DNA of 64,000 nt from Octopus vulgaris (taxonomy: Eukaryota), in NCBI GenBank assembly GCA_951406725.2, contig OX597815.1:12090001-12154000 (forward strand). Direction: 5' to 3'. How positions within the stretch are numbered: position 1 is the stretch's first letter; each line of letters opens with the position of its first letter. Below, in pieces: positions 12,421 through 25,011 of the stretch. The notes under the pieces were generated by a model. That model made no database searches. It worked only from the letters and a program-made list of their open reading frames with translations, and was not told the origin of the DNA. The translations under genes and the position numbers were made by a program.

Positions 12421-12596
12421 GATTTTCTAATGAACCTCATTAGCTTACGGCTGTTTCCACACTAGGTTCCTAAGTTGACTAACATCGACTAACATCGTAT
12501 AGTTACCTTAGAACTTGAAACAATACGTAACTTAGTGACGAATCTATGAATCTACAGTGGAAACAACTGTAAGTTAATGAAGTTCATAACACAATC
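12421..12596. repeat. 40-bp inverted repeat carrying decayed hammerhead halves
   Basis: 12421-12460 versus 12557-12596; + strand gtgacga..cagtg GAAAC AACT GTA ag. Confidence 0.7.
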
Positions 12597-13604
12597 GGTT
12601 ATTCATCTCATCTCTCTTTTTTACATATCTCTTTGTGCGTGTATACACACATACACATATTTATATAAACACCTATACATAGACACGCAAGCAAATAAAT
12701 ATACACACTTGTATATATGTATGTGTGAGTGTATGTGTGTTTATATATACAACGTTAGATTCTCTACTGTTTTCTGCATTTCATTCACAAAATAATTCAT
12801 GTTTATTCTGTTCTGTAGATACAAATAAAGGGGATGTGAACATTTTAATAACATGATATATACTGAGGTTCCAAACAATATTAGGATGTGATGGAGATCC
12901 AGGCATAAATTCAGACAAACAGGAAATACTTCACATTTTGACATTTATTCCACAAATCGGATAATAAAACACATAGTGCTTTTCGACCGAACTTTTCTGA
13001 AATGTAAAATATTAGCAGATTTCTAGACGTGTTCATATCAATCAGAGTTAGGCCCTCTGTTTCTCGAATAAGATATTTCACTGATTCGTTATTTTCTGAT
13101 GTGCTTATTGAATCATTATGTCAAATTTTACATTCAGGATGACCAGAATACATATTCCCGTCTTAGTATTTATTCTCGATAAATCATAAGTACTTTCTGA
13201 CATTCCTAACGTTTGTAGTAAGAGAAAAACAACCAGAGTGATTTCCTCCTTTCTTATTCTACCAAATATCATTACAGGTTTTCAATACAAGTTTAGAATT
13301 GTGCTGAACAAATCGTTGCTCCTATTCAGTAATACGTGTCAGAAGAACCATTCTCTGTGTATTCATGAATTTACATTACATTCCCCCTAAAATGGTAAAA
13401 CATAATATGCTTGTATTATAAGATTCTTGCGATAATGCTTAGCGTATAACAGATCACGAATTTTGGCGTAGAATTTCAACTTGTACAAATATGTTGTTCG
13501 CAAAATGATATATTATTTATTTGTCCTTAGCTCCAACGATCATGCATATATATATATATAGTCGCCATGATTCACCTCTAACTCACAAAGTTCTTTTTTT
13601 TTTT

Positions 13605-13765
13605 TTATTATTCGCTCTCTGTTTATTTCCTCGTGTTCCTTTCTCTTGAAGAGGGTTCGCTCGAAACGTAAATGACGTTGTCAACTTCCCGAGCGTTAAA
13701 ATAATACACCTGCTTGTTTCTTAGACATTTGCATTCGTCATTTGTTTTTCTGTAAATCACAACTA
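13605..13765 (+). mobile_element. Short HHR-bearing repeat (gagc-loop-gctc GAAACGT family), decayed
   Basis: ttgaagag..gctcgaaacgtaa..ttcccgagcgttaaaataatacac aligns to 59045-59200 and 61965-62100. Confidence 0.75.
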
Positions 13766-13777
13766 TCTATATATCTA

Positions 13778-13872
<95 letters not shown>

Positions 13873-13941
13873 TGATAGAAAATGGTAAAACAACAAAAGA
13901 ATGAAAGAGACCTCGATATTATGTAAATAGAGGAATATGTA

Positions 13942-14005
<64 letters not shown>

Positions 14006-14140
14006 AATATATATTTTATTTTTATTTCATTTTTTTTTTATTTCATCTAGTTTCAGCTCAGAAGCTGTGGCCATGCTGGGGCACCGCCATTTATATACAT
14101 ATTTATTTACATATTTATAGAGATATTGTTTTATAGGTTT

Positions 14141-14700
14141 ATTGCTTATATATTTTTTACACATATTTTCTCTATTCGACCTTCCGCCCTGCAATTTCCT
14201 TGTGCATATGTAGACGTGTATATGGAACTCTTTGTACGCGCGTGTATATGTGGACATGTGTGCCGGTATGTGCGTATATAGACGTGTGTGGGTGTTCGTG
14301 CATGCGAGTATGTGCTTATATAGACGTGTTTTACTCATTGCTTAAATTTACACATTTTTACACATTTTCTGTACTTTGCCTTCAGCCCTGTTTTTTCTTG
14401 TGCATGTGCGTATATAGAGGTGTGTATGAACCTTTTTTTGTGCGCGCGTGTGTGTGTGCGTATATAGATGTGTGCGTGTATGCGCGCATATAGACGTGTG
14501 TGTGTCTGTGTGCGTGCACACGGGTTTGTGCGTATACAGACGTGTTTTACGCTTATTGCTTATTTTTGTATACTTCTTTATACATTTTTCTCTATTTCGC
14601 CTTAAGCCCCGTTTCTTCTTGTGCATGCGCGTATATAATCGTGTACATGAACCGTTTTTTGTGCGCGTGTGGGTGTGTGCGAGTGTGTATGCGGGTATGT
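14141..14700. repeat. Three diverged tandem units of ~200-220 bp
   Basis: attgctta..acattttct..cctt.agccc..ttcttgtgcat..tgaacc.tttttgtgcgcg recurs at 14141, 14337 and 14555. Confidence 0.8.
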
Positions 14701-15040
14701 ATATTTTTGTTGGCGAATGATTGAGTGAGCATGTGTTTTTCAAGTGAAGGCAGATGAGTATATACTTATAGACGCATGTGCAGAGGTGTGCGGGAGCGCA
14801 TGTGTATGTATGCACATGCACGCTTACGCGAACACTATGAACTATTTACTGCCTTAAATTTACTCCCTCCCCTCACTTAGCGGTCATTCTGATAGATCCT
14901 TTGTCTTAATAACGGACAATCACACAGTAATTTCCCTTTCTTTAACGGTCATTTTCCTAGCATTTTTACGATGGCCGGAGTTTTATCATGACTACCGAAT
15001 AATTGTCACATTTTATATTTACAAATATCTATCTATCTAC

Positions 15041-15076
<36 letters not shown>

Positions 15077-15077
15077 A

Positions 15078-15110
<33 letters not shown>

Positions 15111-15163
15111 GTCTGTCTGTCTGTCTCTCTCTCTCTAAATATATATATATATATACATATATG

Positions 15164-15207
<44 letters not shown>

Positions 15208-15330
15208 CATATATAGAGCTAGATAGATTGATAGATTAGATAGATAAATAAATATATAGATATATAAATAGAGTATTATTATTACCTTACTAATATCATT
15301 AATAGCGGTATTAATGCATCGTTATTTAAA

Positions 15331-15376
<46 letters not shown>

Positions 15377-15380
<4 letters not shown>

Positions 15381-15794
15381 GAGGGTGAAAAATTGATATT
15401 AATTTAATAATAGCATTAATTTAACACCAAGTGGCTTAGCACAAAAAACTACGGAGAAAATAAAAATGTATACATAAATTATTAGAGAGTTAACCACTAT
15501 GTGGATAACTCTAGCGCTAAAAATAGCCCCGATAATACTATGTTTCGAATTAGAAATAACATACATTTAACGGAAGGAAAGTGAAATATAACGAATAAAT
15601 AGATTGACCCTGAACAAATTGTTTCATTACTAATGTAATATGTCATTTTACTTACATAGACATATATAAATCATCAGCAGAGGTTTGTCTTAAATACAAT
15701 TAATCAGACCGACACGAGCGTCAAAACACGTGCGATTTAACGAATTTCATTTTTAGTCATGCCTCAAATTCCCCGCCAAAAGCATGCCAAGTCT

Positions 15795-15797
<3 letters not shown>
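15377..15797 (-). mobile_element. Penelope-like terminal repeat inserted in (TA)n
   Basis: (TA)n on both sides; start similar to 6168 and 10160; contains an HHR. Confidence 0.65.
15608..15682 (-). ncRNA. Type I hammerhead ribozyme motif, core intact
   Basis: CUCUG CUGAUGA U UUAU AUAUGUC..GACAUAU..GUAA U GAAAC AAUUU GUU CAGGG; 5-bp stem I. Confidence 0.65.
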
Positions 15798-15857
<60 letters not shown>

Positions 15858-16046
15858 TGTATACGGCAAGAAGAAAATGGAGTGGTTCCAGAGGTAGTAT
15901 GCATCAACTGTTATACATTATATTATGTCTATTTTATGACTATTTATTTATTTTAAACAATTATGAAAATATATATACATATGTAAAAATTATGTATTAC
16001 ATACATATGTACCAGTAATTTCTAGAACACAGAAATTACAACAGTT

Positions 16047-16170
16047 TCTTACAGCTGCTTCTGCCAAGAGATCACAGTACCCCACATGTTATTTCCATTT
16101 CTTCAGTGTACTGTAGTGGACGGTAGATAAAATTAGGGTACTTTGGTGTGTCTCTAGGCTTCATCAGAGA
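16047..16170 (-). ncRNA. Hammerhead motif with long stem II and one core substitution (GAAA>GAAG)
   Basis: UCU CUGAUGA A GCC.AGAGA..GUACCC/GGGUAC..UCUCUUGGC A GAAGC AGCU GUA AGA. Confidence 0.6.
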
Positions 16171-16298
16171 GTTTAGAAAAGTGTCTAAAAAGTTCATATG
16201 GATAATGTATGTACATATAAATATACATATATACACTCACATGCACATACTTACATACATACATACATGCATATATATGTGTATATATTTATATATAT

Positions 16299-16563
16299 AT
16301 CACGTGATCACCTGAGCGAGAAGACCATCATATGTTGTTACACATCGCTGGTCACAATGCTTTCGCATTGTTTTAGCCTTCGAATGACGCCACCCCGCTG
16401 GCTAAGCGAGCAGGCCAACAGAAGAAAGAGTGGTGAAAGAGTACAGCAGGGATCACCCCCCCCCCCTGCCGGAGCTTCGTGGAGCTTTTAGGTGTTTTCG
16501 CTCAATAAACACTCACAACGCCTGGTCTGGGAATCAAAACCGCTGGGCCATTGTGCCTCCACA
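16299..16563 (-). mobile_element. tRNA-derived SINE family E, head internally deleted
   Basis: Minus strand tgtggaggcacaatggcccagcggttttgattcccagaccaggcg (fused A/B box remnants); flanked by (TA)n. Confidence 0.7.
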
Positions 16564-16622
<59 letters not shown>

Positions 16623-18012
16623 GCATGTACACACATACACACGAATTAGTTATTGGTAGGTATAGTACAATATCCCTACTAGACAGTGTATGACAAGTGA
16701 AATTTTAAGAGGAACACAATTACACACATATAAACTTATTTATATCCAATTCATTGTACTATCTATAAAATAACACTAAAATATCCAACTATACATGCAG
16801 GTGTACGTCAGTGAAAATAATAATATTTTCATTACCAGGCCGAAAAATACAACATATATTGAATTTACATCACGAATTACTCGCAATTTTCAAATTAGCA
16901 TCTGACCGGATCTAGCACCTTAGTTTTCCTTATGGTGACATTACACAGACATTATTCACACCGCATACTGTATTTTCTGTCTGTTTATAATTCCAATACC
17001 GGTTGTCTGTAAACAGTTGTTTTCTCTCATCCATAAGTAAACAAATAAAAGTAGTTTCCTTATTAATTCATATATTATCAATGGACATAATCGAAACATT
17101 AGCAAAATATAAATAATAGTAGAATTGAACGTAACCAGTTCGAATTATTGTTGGGAAGTTGCTCAGTCTTCTTCGAGCAATATGAAATAAAGTTATCCCA
17201 CCTTTTCAAATTTTGGCACAAGGGTAGCAATTTTGAGGAGTATTTAAGTCAATGGGTTTGACTCCAGTGTTCAAGTGGTACTAATCTTATCGACCCAGAT
17301 AAAAGAAGGGCAAAGTCAACCTCGATGGAATGCCTTAATATCATGCTTTAGTATCAAGGTGTGTTTGACTGAAATTTTCTTGAAGGTTCTTGCTGGTCGC
17401 CCCAGAGCATTGAGCAGTTTCCTTCGTAATGTTTGTTGTTGCACAATGAATGAGACCTTATGATTTCCAATTTCCTCAGAAGATCGGATATTATCTACTA
17501 TGTTCCTCCAGCAAATAGGCGCTATGTGTAGTAACACAAGTATAATATATTACTGACAATAAAGGTACCATATGATATAGCTAAATAAACATGTGTTTGT
17601 TTGTCACGCTTGATCTTCAATAATACCTTGAAATAGAGTTCACATTTCAGCGATCCACTTTCTATTACTTTTGCAATGAATGAATTGATCTTCGATTGAA
17701 ATATGTCAGATCATAAGAAAATCACCATCCCACCACTGAGGCATTACTTCATATTGGTGCTGTTACGGACCGCGAAACCACCTCTAACATCTCACTTGTA
17801 AACCATCACACAAATGAAATAATATTCCGTTACGGATTATAAGCCAAAACAAATTCTTTGGATTCATCAATTGGTGGTAAGATACACCGATAAAGGATAA
17901 GTACACAAAACCGTTAATAGGTTTATAATTCAATGGCATGACTAAAATGTTTCTGAGATTTTATTTCTGTTAAACCCATAAGGTCTCAAACCTGGTCAAG
18001 TAGCTGCTGTGC

Positions 18013-18230
18013 TCACAAGTGCAGCACATTTTTTTCTTTTGAAGCATATACACATCTGATAAAACTCAAACGTACAAAATCCAAAATAACGTGACTGGGT
18101 TGATTTTCTTCCATTCGTTTCTTGATAGGGATAAGCAATTCATCAATTGCTAAATGGGGAATATAAATGGTGTTGCAATTGTACTGAACAAGACCAGTCA
18201 CTTACAGAAATATTGATCATTGTAATGACT
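18013..18230 (-). mobile_element. Possible piggyBac transposase remnant
   Basis: YNCNTIYIPHLAIDELLIPIK resembles the piggyBac Y.P..NL.IDEQL.PFKGR motif; short and decayed. Confidence 0.4.
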
Positions 18231-18299
18231 AGATCTGAAGAAGTATCCAACGCTGATGCAAAAATTTAAATTTCGTGTACGAAACACACCTATATTAGC

Positions 18300-18560
18300 G
18301 CGTAAAAAGGATGTGTTGTATTCGTATTGCGAAATTTACGTCAGGTTTATGAGTTTCATATTGGAACAATAATACAAGTGATAAATTTAGATGAAAGCAT
18401 GTTTGAAGGCAACACTAAAGATGACCATTATGGAATACATCATTGTTACGAGGTTTAAATTTATGACCCTCGGGAACAACACTGCTATTGTTCAATCATA
18501 CATCAAGCACAGATCGTGATGAATCCTTTGGAACATGAAATGCTACTAGAAGTTTACTGG
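18300..18560 (+). mobile_element. Possible Merlin/IS1595-type transposase remnant
   Basis: NLRQVY and INLDESMFEGNTKDDHYG resemble FLREVC and VQIDES.F..K.KYHRG; heavily decayed. Confidence 0.3.
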
Positions 18561-18759
18561 CCTCCATCAGCTGGACAATAGTGAATTTTAAGCCTCACAC
18601 TCTACCGATGCTTAGTACAAGATTTTAGCGATGGCCTGAGAATGAATGTAATTGTTGACGAAGAGTTTCTATGTAACTGGTTCGAATTTGGCATGCTTCC
18701 GGTGTTAACATTAACCTGTTTCCTTTAGCAATTCATAAAAAATTATTTAATATAAATAT

Positions 18760-18945
18760 TTTTGCTTGTTTCAGTTATCGGAATGCAGTAGTGCTAGAGT
18801 ACCACGTTGAAAGGTTTAGTAGATCCCGGTACTTATTGTTTTGAAGTGTGATTCTTATTCAATGCGTCTCATTGGACGAGGGGCTAAGTGCCGGCAGCGT
18901 ACACAAGACAACTTCGGTTGCAAGCGGTGGAGTGTAACAAAGATA
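18760..18945 (-). mobile_element. Old SINE family B copy (3' part)
   Basis: cttgtttcagt..gtgctagagtacc..cccggtacttatt..gctaagt..cggttg.caagcggtgg aligns loosely to family B. Confidence 0.65.
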
Positions 18946-18989
18946 TGTACAAATTCACACACACACACACACATGTATATGAATATATA

Positions 18990-19033
18990 ACTCAACGTTT
19001 CGGCTGATAAACCATCCAGCCTTCGTCAGTTGT
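18990..19033 (-). ncRNA. Minimal type I hammerhead, core intact, stem I decayed
   Basis: CUGACGA A GGCUG gaugguuuau CAGCC GAAAC GUU; palindromic ACGU stem III. Confidence 0.7.
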
Positions 19034-19103
19034 CTTGGGGATATTTCGAACCTTGTTTTTCATTCCTAAGTTATTTTTCGATCTTCTTCTTCTTCTTCTT
19101 CTT

Positions 19104-19190
<87 letters not shown>

Positions 19191-19366
19191 ATCACTGCCG
19201 GGAATCGAACTCGGAATCTTGGGGTTAGTAGCCCGCACACTTAACTATTATGCCCTCAGGAATATGGCGTAGTGGTTAAGCGAGCGGGCTATTAACCCCA
19301 AGATTCCAGGCAGTGACCTGAATAATAATAACATGCATAATTCCTCATCTCTTAGATATAGAACTG
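18990..19366 (-). mobile_element. tRNA-headed short element with hammerhead tail (-) plus inverted partial copy (+)
   Basis: Minus: tRNA-like head 19255-19187 (B box gagttcgattcc), (AAT)n(GAA)n, HHR 19033-18990; plus: 19265-19322 inverted head with A box tggcgtagtgg. Confidence 0.75.
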
Positions 19367-20619
19367 AAAAATTACTTGAATGAAATATGAAAAATTGTGG
19401 CATATATGTGTACGAGGTAGAATACTCTGGAAGAATGTCACAAATGATGGAGAAGATGCCCTTCGACACAACATGAATGGGACACTGCTATGATAAATGC
19501 TAGTTAAAATCAACTCGAAAATGCAAGACGACATATGCTTGTCTACAACACCCCTTAAAGCGTTTGCGTTGATCTGTATAGTGACGCGGGAGTGGATAAT
19601 TTTCTTTGACGCAGTGGAATTCCTAGCGAGGAAGAATTCCAGATCGCTTTATTAATGTCTACTCCTAAATTGAAATCGTCATCAGAAAATCTTGGAATAC
19701 ATGTTTGTTATCCGCGATTAAATATATGCTCATATACACGCTTAACCTTATGAAAACGAAACTAGTGCAATATCATGTTCCGTAACAGCAAATAACAATC
19801 GTTAAAAGAAAAAAGAACACTTCGAATATATAGGTCATTAATGCGCTGTTCATTTCTCCGTTTATAATGAAAATAAAGAGTATTACTAAAGAGTAAATTG
19901 GAGATTATAAAATGGTTTCGTCATTATTCTGTTTCCCGCCTCACTACGGTTTCTGCTACTTTTGACATTTGCATACAGTTGAAAGACTTTTTTTATTGCA
20001 TTGTATTCATTCGATTGGAAACCGAAAGTCTTTTGAACAAGAAATTAACAAAGCATTTCAATACCGATATAAAACGCCATATATTTATTTCTGACGTGAT
20101 TAAATCACATAATTTTGCTATGATTCCAATCCATGGCGCCTTGTAGTTAATTTGCTGGAAATTGGATTATATTACAATCTTTCGCTTATTCATTATAGAA
20201 AGGCATGTTTCACTTACCATGTTGCCGTCAATCTTCAAATTTTCTAGTTGTGGATCATAGAGCAACGTACCAGGATCTATATTAATTGGTGACTGATTTT
20301 TTCCTTTGTTACATAAACTCCATTCCAGGTTTAAAAGACCCCAAAAGCTCGGCCCTAAATAAAGAGAAGAAATTTAACAATATTAGTAAAATAGTTTTGT
20401 TTTTTGTAGTATATTCTGATCATTAGTAAGTATAACATCCACGGGCAAATTCATGTAGAATATCACAAATAAGAACGAAAACAAACAAATGAGGTACAGA
20501 AACTAAATGTTTTGCGACAATGTGGCGAAATGTGGATTAGAATGTCAACCGGGAATGTGCTAATGAGGCTGAAGTTCGGCTGAAACGTGCCAGTAGCTGG
20601 AAGCCAGGAATCATAAAAG

Positions 20620-22200
20620 TATTTTATTTTGTGCTAAGAATCTTAATTTGTCTATGAAACAATTTCTTGAAATGTTCTCATCACATTTTTCCAACTTCCT
20701 AAAATTTTTTGTGGCTGGTTTGCTATTCCTCTTAGTTTGCGGGAGATTATTTTTTTATAAATCGAGAATTAATGCTATGTCGTATTCAGTAACCACCTTG
20801 AGATGCCAGATTCTTTCGACTTCAAAGAGCAAATCTTAATAATGTCTGAGCTTGCTAAAATTCTTTTATTACAATATTATGATCACAAGAGATACTCATC
20901 CAATCATTAATCAGATTTTATTTATTTTGGTCTTTTACTACAATATCCTTCTTATTAAGTTTGATGGGTTTCTCACTACATACAGAAAAATCCCAAAACA
21001 TCATAAAAATTTCTGTCTCAGTTACAGCCTCGGTAGACACACCACTTTTCAACGTTTTCATTTAATAATACCGACATATCAACCAGTTTATTTAATGGTC
21101 CACTTCATCATGCCTTTGTTTATGCTCTACTGGTACTAAAACTTCACATCCAAACATTAAGTGGTTCACTGTTTTTGTCTCATCATTGCAGAATCGGCAC
21201 TTTGGATCTATTACACTTTTCATTATATTCCCTTTGTGGTTTCGGGTTAATACACTTTCATCTTGAGCAACTTCCATGAAGCTTCTTCACCTTCTGCTTT
21301 TAACCCTGGGTATCGCAGCCACCGATGGCTGTGCTTCTGGTCAACAACATCTTGTTTGCTACAAGCTACATATTTGATAAGCAGAGGTTTCTGTTCTCAC
21401 CTACCAGCAAATTGTTCAAACGCGTTTTTCTTTGCCATTAATGTTGCTTTCTTTGCAAGAATATTTGCTATGTTTCCATCAGGCTCTCCAGCAAGGTCAT
21501 CACTCATAAAATCAATAGCAAGTTTTTGCTTACCTTCAAGATAGAATGAAGCTTCTTACGCCCCTCACGATTTTTAACGAAGTTTAGCACCAAGTCGTTA
21601 GAAGATTCACTATATTTTGACCCGTCCATTCGTAATGGTTTTATAAGAAATTTCAAATTGGAGCAAACCTCGACCTCCCTGAGCTCTGAGGAAGTGAAGA
21701 CAACCCACACCTGCATGCGGATTATGCATTTTTAGTCTTATGCCAAATTTTCTATCAATGATTTTCCTTTCACTGTTATACCAGTTCAAAATTTGGAAGG
21801 TATAAGTAACAGGTGGATCTGCTAAAATATTTATTGTTAGCACCGTGTTACGTGCATTTAGCTAAGATTTCAGAAGTTCTCGTACTCTTCTATTTGATGC
21901 ATGCATGCTGAATGCCAGAACAACAATTTATACTTAGGTATTTAGAATTTTGCTCTTGCTCAATTGTTTTATAACTGTTTCAACATCGAACTTGATTCAA
22001 TTTGACTTCATCAATTTCCCTTTCTTGGAAGTACTCTTTGCAGACTTATCAGAATCACACTCCATTCCGATGTCACCATTGAATGCATCCACAGAACGTA
22101 CAAGGCCTTCAAGCTCACTATTGCAAAGCGTTTGCCATAAAGTTTTAAGTCATTCATCGAAAATAGAATGGTTTTTGTTCTTGTCCTCAATATCAGGACG
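20620..22200 (-). mobile_element. R4/Dong-like LINE, ~1.6 kb 3' part (RT end, CCHC, RLE), decayed
   Basis: FSMNDLKLYGK (YMDD-like), DIGMEC..DK, LRAQGGRGLLQ, AQDESVLTRN, KCRFCNDETKTVNHLMFGC..HKQRHD. Confidence 0.92.
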
Positions 22201-22592
22201 TAGCCAAAGATCTGGGTATTTTTAGTCATTGGGGCACTTGACACAACACAAAAACTGCTACTCAGAGTGAAAGACTTTGGAATTGAGACGCGATAGCATT
22301 CTTGCAAACTAAATTAGAGTGTAAAAATATTATTATTATTATGATGATGATGATGATGATGATAAATGCCCAGATGCAATAACAAGCAGTGTCTCTCCAG
22401 GCTTCTGGTTGGAAATATTTTCATGTACATGTTTTGTATTGGTGTAAATAATGTTAAGAATTGTTAAGCAGTGAAGAATCGACAGTTCTGTGCTTTATTC
22501 CTCATCTGTAGGAAACCGGATACACTGATCTGCCTATAAATAATTTTCTGTAATCGCTATATGTTCCAACCCTACACAAAAATATTATTATT

Positions 22593-22962
22593 CTCTTCTT
22601 TTCTAGACACATCGCCGGAAATGTTTGGGGAGGTTCCAGTCGATTAGATCGCCCCCAGTACGCAACTGGTACTTAATTTATCGATCCCGAATGGATGAAA
22701 AGCAAAGTCGAGCTCGGCGGAATTTGAACTGAGAACGTAAAGACAGACGGAATGCCTATTTCTTTACTACCCACAAGGGGCTAGACACAGAGGGGAGAAA
22801 CAAGGACAGACAAACGGATTAAGTCGATTACATCGACCCCAGTGCGTAATTGGTACTTAGTGTATCGACTTCGGCGGAATTTGAACTCAGAACGTAACGG
22901 CGGACGAAATACCGCTATGTATTTCGCCCGGCGTGCTAACGTTTCTGCCAGCTCACCGCTTT
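22593..22962 (-). mobile_element. SINE family A, dimeric form
   Basis: Head+core+tail unit 22962-22757 followed by a second core unit 22755-22593 with a different tail; imperfect TSD aaatattat(t/c)att. Confidence 0.88.
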
Positions 22963-23952
22963 AGAAATATTATCATTGACCGATCATTTGGAGTGTAATG
23001 TGAGGATAGGTATTATGTAGTAGCCAATCACAGAATTTAGCACCTCGAACACGGTAGTTTGATACCACGTGAATATGGCTGAACCGAATATCACTGAAAT
23101 TATATCAATGTATCTACGAATATTTAACTAATAACTATTCAAAGTTAACCGACTACACAAACAATATCATCGACAAAAAATATTTCAAATTCACATCCAT
23201 ATTAACTGTATTTTGCAACTGAAAATTTCTCAAGGAATAATGTCTTGTCATTTGTATTTGACATTAAATGATTATCTAAGTAATAATTTATTACTAAACA
23301 CTAGAAAGTGAAATCTATCTAAATGAGGAATATTCAGCATCTTCAAAAAAGCAGAAAAAATCAAATATAAAATTTAGTAAACATAGGCAAAATACAAGTG
23401 TCCGTATTGTGATAATTCATATAGATCAACTTTCTTCTAAGATGAAAACAGGGTGAGTGGAAGGTGAGTATGAATCGAATATATTTCTTGCTTACTTCTT
23501 CCTAGATATATGCTACTCATCAGAAATATACGAATATAATTTAATTCATAAATGATATATAAACTGTCTACAAAATAATTATATGCTGTAGTTTACTGTA
23601 GGTATGGGCACTGGTTCAAGATGAGTACGGAAATCCCATGCGTGTAAAATGCGCTCCCAAATTTAGAACGCATAAATACCCACAGTGAATAGCTTGCACC
23701 AGATAGGCAAATTATTAGCAGATATAAAATGCGTGTAAAGATGAGGAACAGCAAACACTGCAAAGCTAAAACAGTCAATAAGTTACACAAACGTTTGAAT
23801 ATTTCACTTTTAATTTAAGAATTTTATTTTTACTGTTTTTTTTCAGATATCCGAAGTAATGGGATTTGATGATTTAGCAATAACAAAAACAGCAGCAGCA
23901 ACAACAGCAACAAACAACAACAACAGCAACAAAAGAACAACAACATCAAGAA

Positions 23953-23953
23953 C

Positions 23954-24011
<58 letters not shown>

Positions 24012-24238
24012 GAAGAAGAAGAAGAAGAAGAAGAAGAAGAAGAAGAATATGAAGAAGAAGAAAGAAGAATATGAAGAAGAAGAAGAAAAAGAAGAAGAAG
24101 AAGAAGAAGAAGAAAAAGAAGAAGAAGAAGTAGAAGAAAAAGATGAAGAAGATGGTGTGGAAGAAGAAGAAAAAGAAGAAGAAAAAGAAAAAGAAGAAGA
24201 AGAAGAAGAAGAAGAAGAAGAAGAAGAAGAAGAAGAAG
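23953..24238. repeat. Compound (AAT)n-(GAA)n microsatellite
   Basis: Direct reading. Confidence 0.97.
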
Positions 24239-24294
24239 ATGAATGGTTTCAAGGTTATTAGTTTCGAGGAAGGGGCATTGTCGGTTACATCGAG

Positions 24295-24890
24295 CTACTC
24301 TGAGTCTGTAACAGAGGGCGAAAATGTAACTGTTCTTTCCAGTACGTACAAATCGGAACATCAAAGCAAATAAACCAGATATCGTTGTGAAAGACCAAAA
24401 CAATAAACTCTGTTTGTTGATTGATATTAGCATATCCTGTGATCATATTTCGGCAAAAGAACTTGATAAGCTCAGAAAATGTAAAGATATGCTCATCGAA
24501 ATCGAAAAGATGTGGCACCACAAGACTGTTAGAATACCAGTGATTGTTGGATTACCTGGAATGATCATAAAGGAACGGAACATTATTTAAGAATGATCAT
24601 TGGCTTACCATCCATGCAGGAAGTGCAAAAGATTGTCTTAACTGTTACATCACACGTACTGAGAAGAGTATTGTCACTGTGAATTTTCTTTCCATTTTGC
24701 CCCGTTATTATCTTTGTTTACTTTTTATTTTTTACCTTTCTTCTCTCTTTTTGTTCCACTTTTCTCTGTCACATGACTTTGTAAATGGACAATTTGGTGT
24801 GTTTATTTTAATGGCCTACCAAGTTTTAAAGTGCGTTTCTCTACTCTAAGTGTCAGGACGACACACGGTAAGAAATGGATACAATAGAAA
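24295..24890 (+). mobile_element. R4/Dong-like RLE 3' fragment with 3' UTR running into (AAT)n
   Basis: ESVTEGENVTVL; KPDIVVKDQNNKLCLLIDISI..KELDKL.K.KDMLIEIEKMW..IPVIVG..; QEVQKIVL..SHVLRRVL*. Confidence 0.9.
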
Positions 24891-24943
24891 GATGATAATG
24901 AAAATGGTAATACCAATAATGATAATAACAACAACAACAGCAG

Positions 24944-24944
24944 C

Positions 24945-25011
<67 letters not shown>

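Noticed and set aside
19187-19322. Functional tRNA genes
   Set aside because: No complete cloverleaf; one copy has a decayed A box and the other lacks the B box, so treated as SINE heads
23830-24433. Poly-L/F/E/K ORFs resembling membrane or acidic proteins
   Set aside because: Produced by (AAT)n(GAA)n plus an R4 fragment
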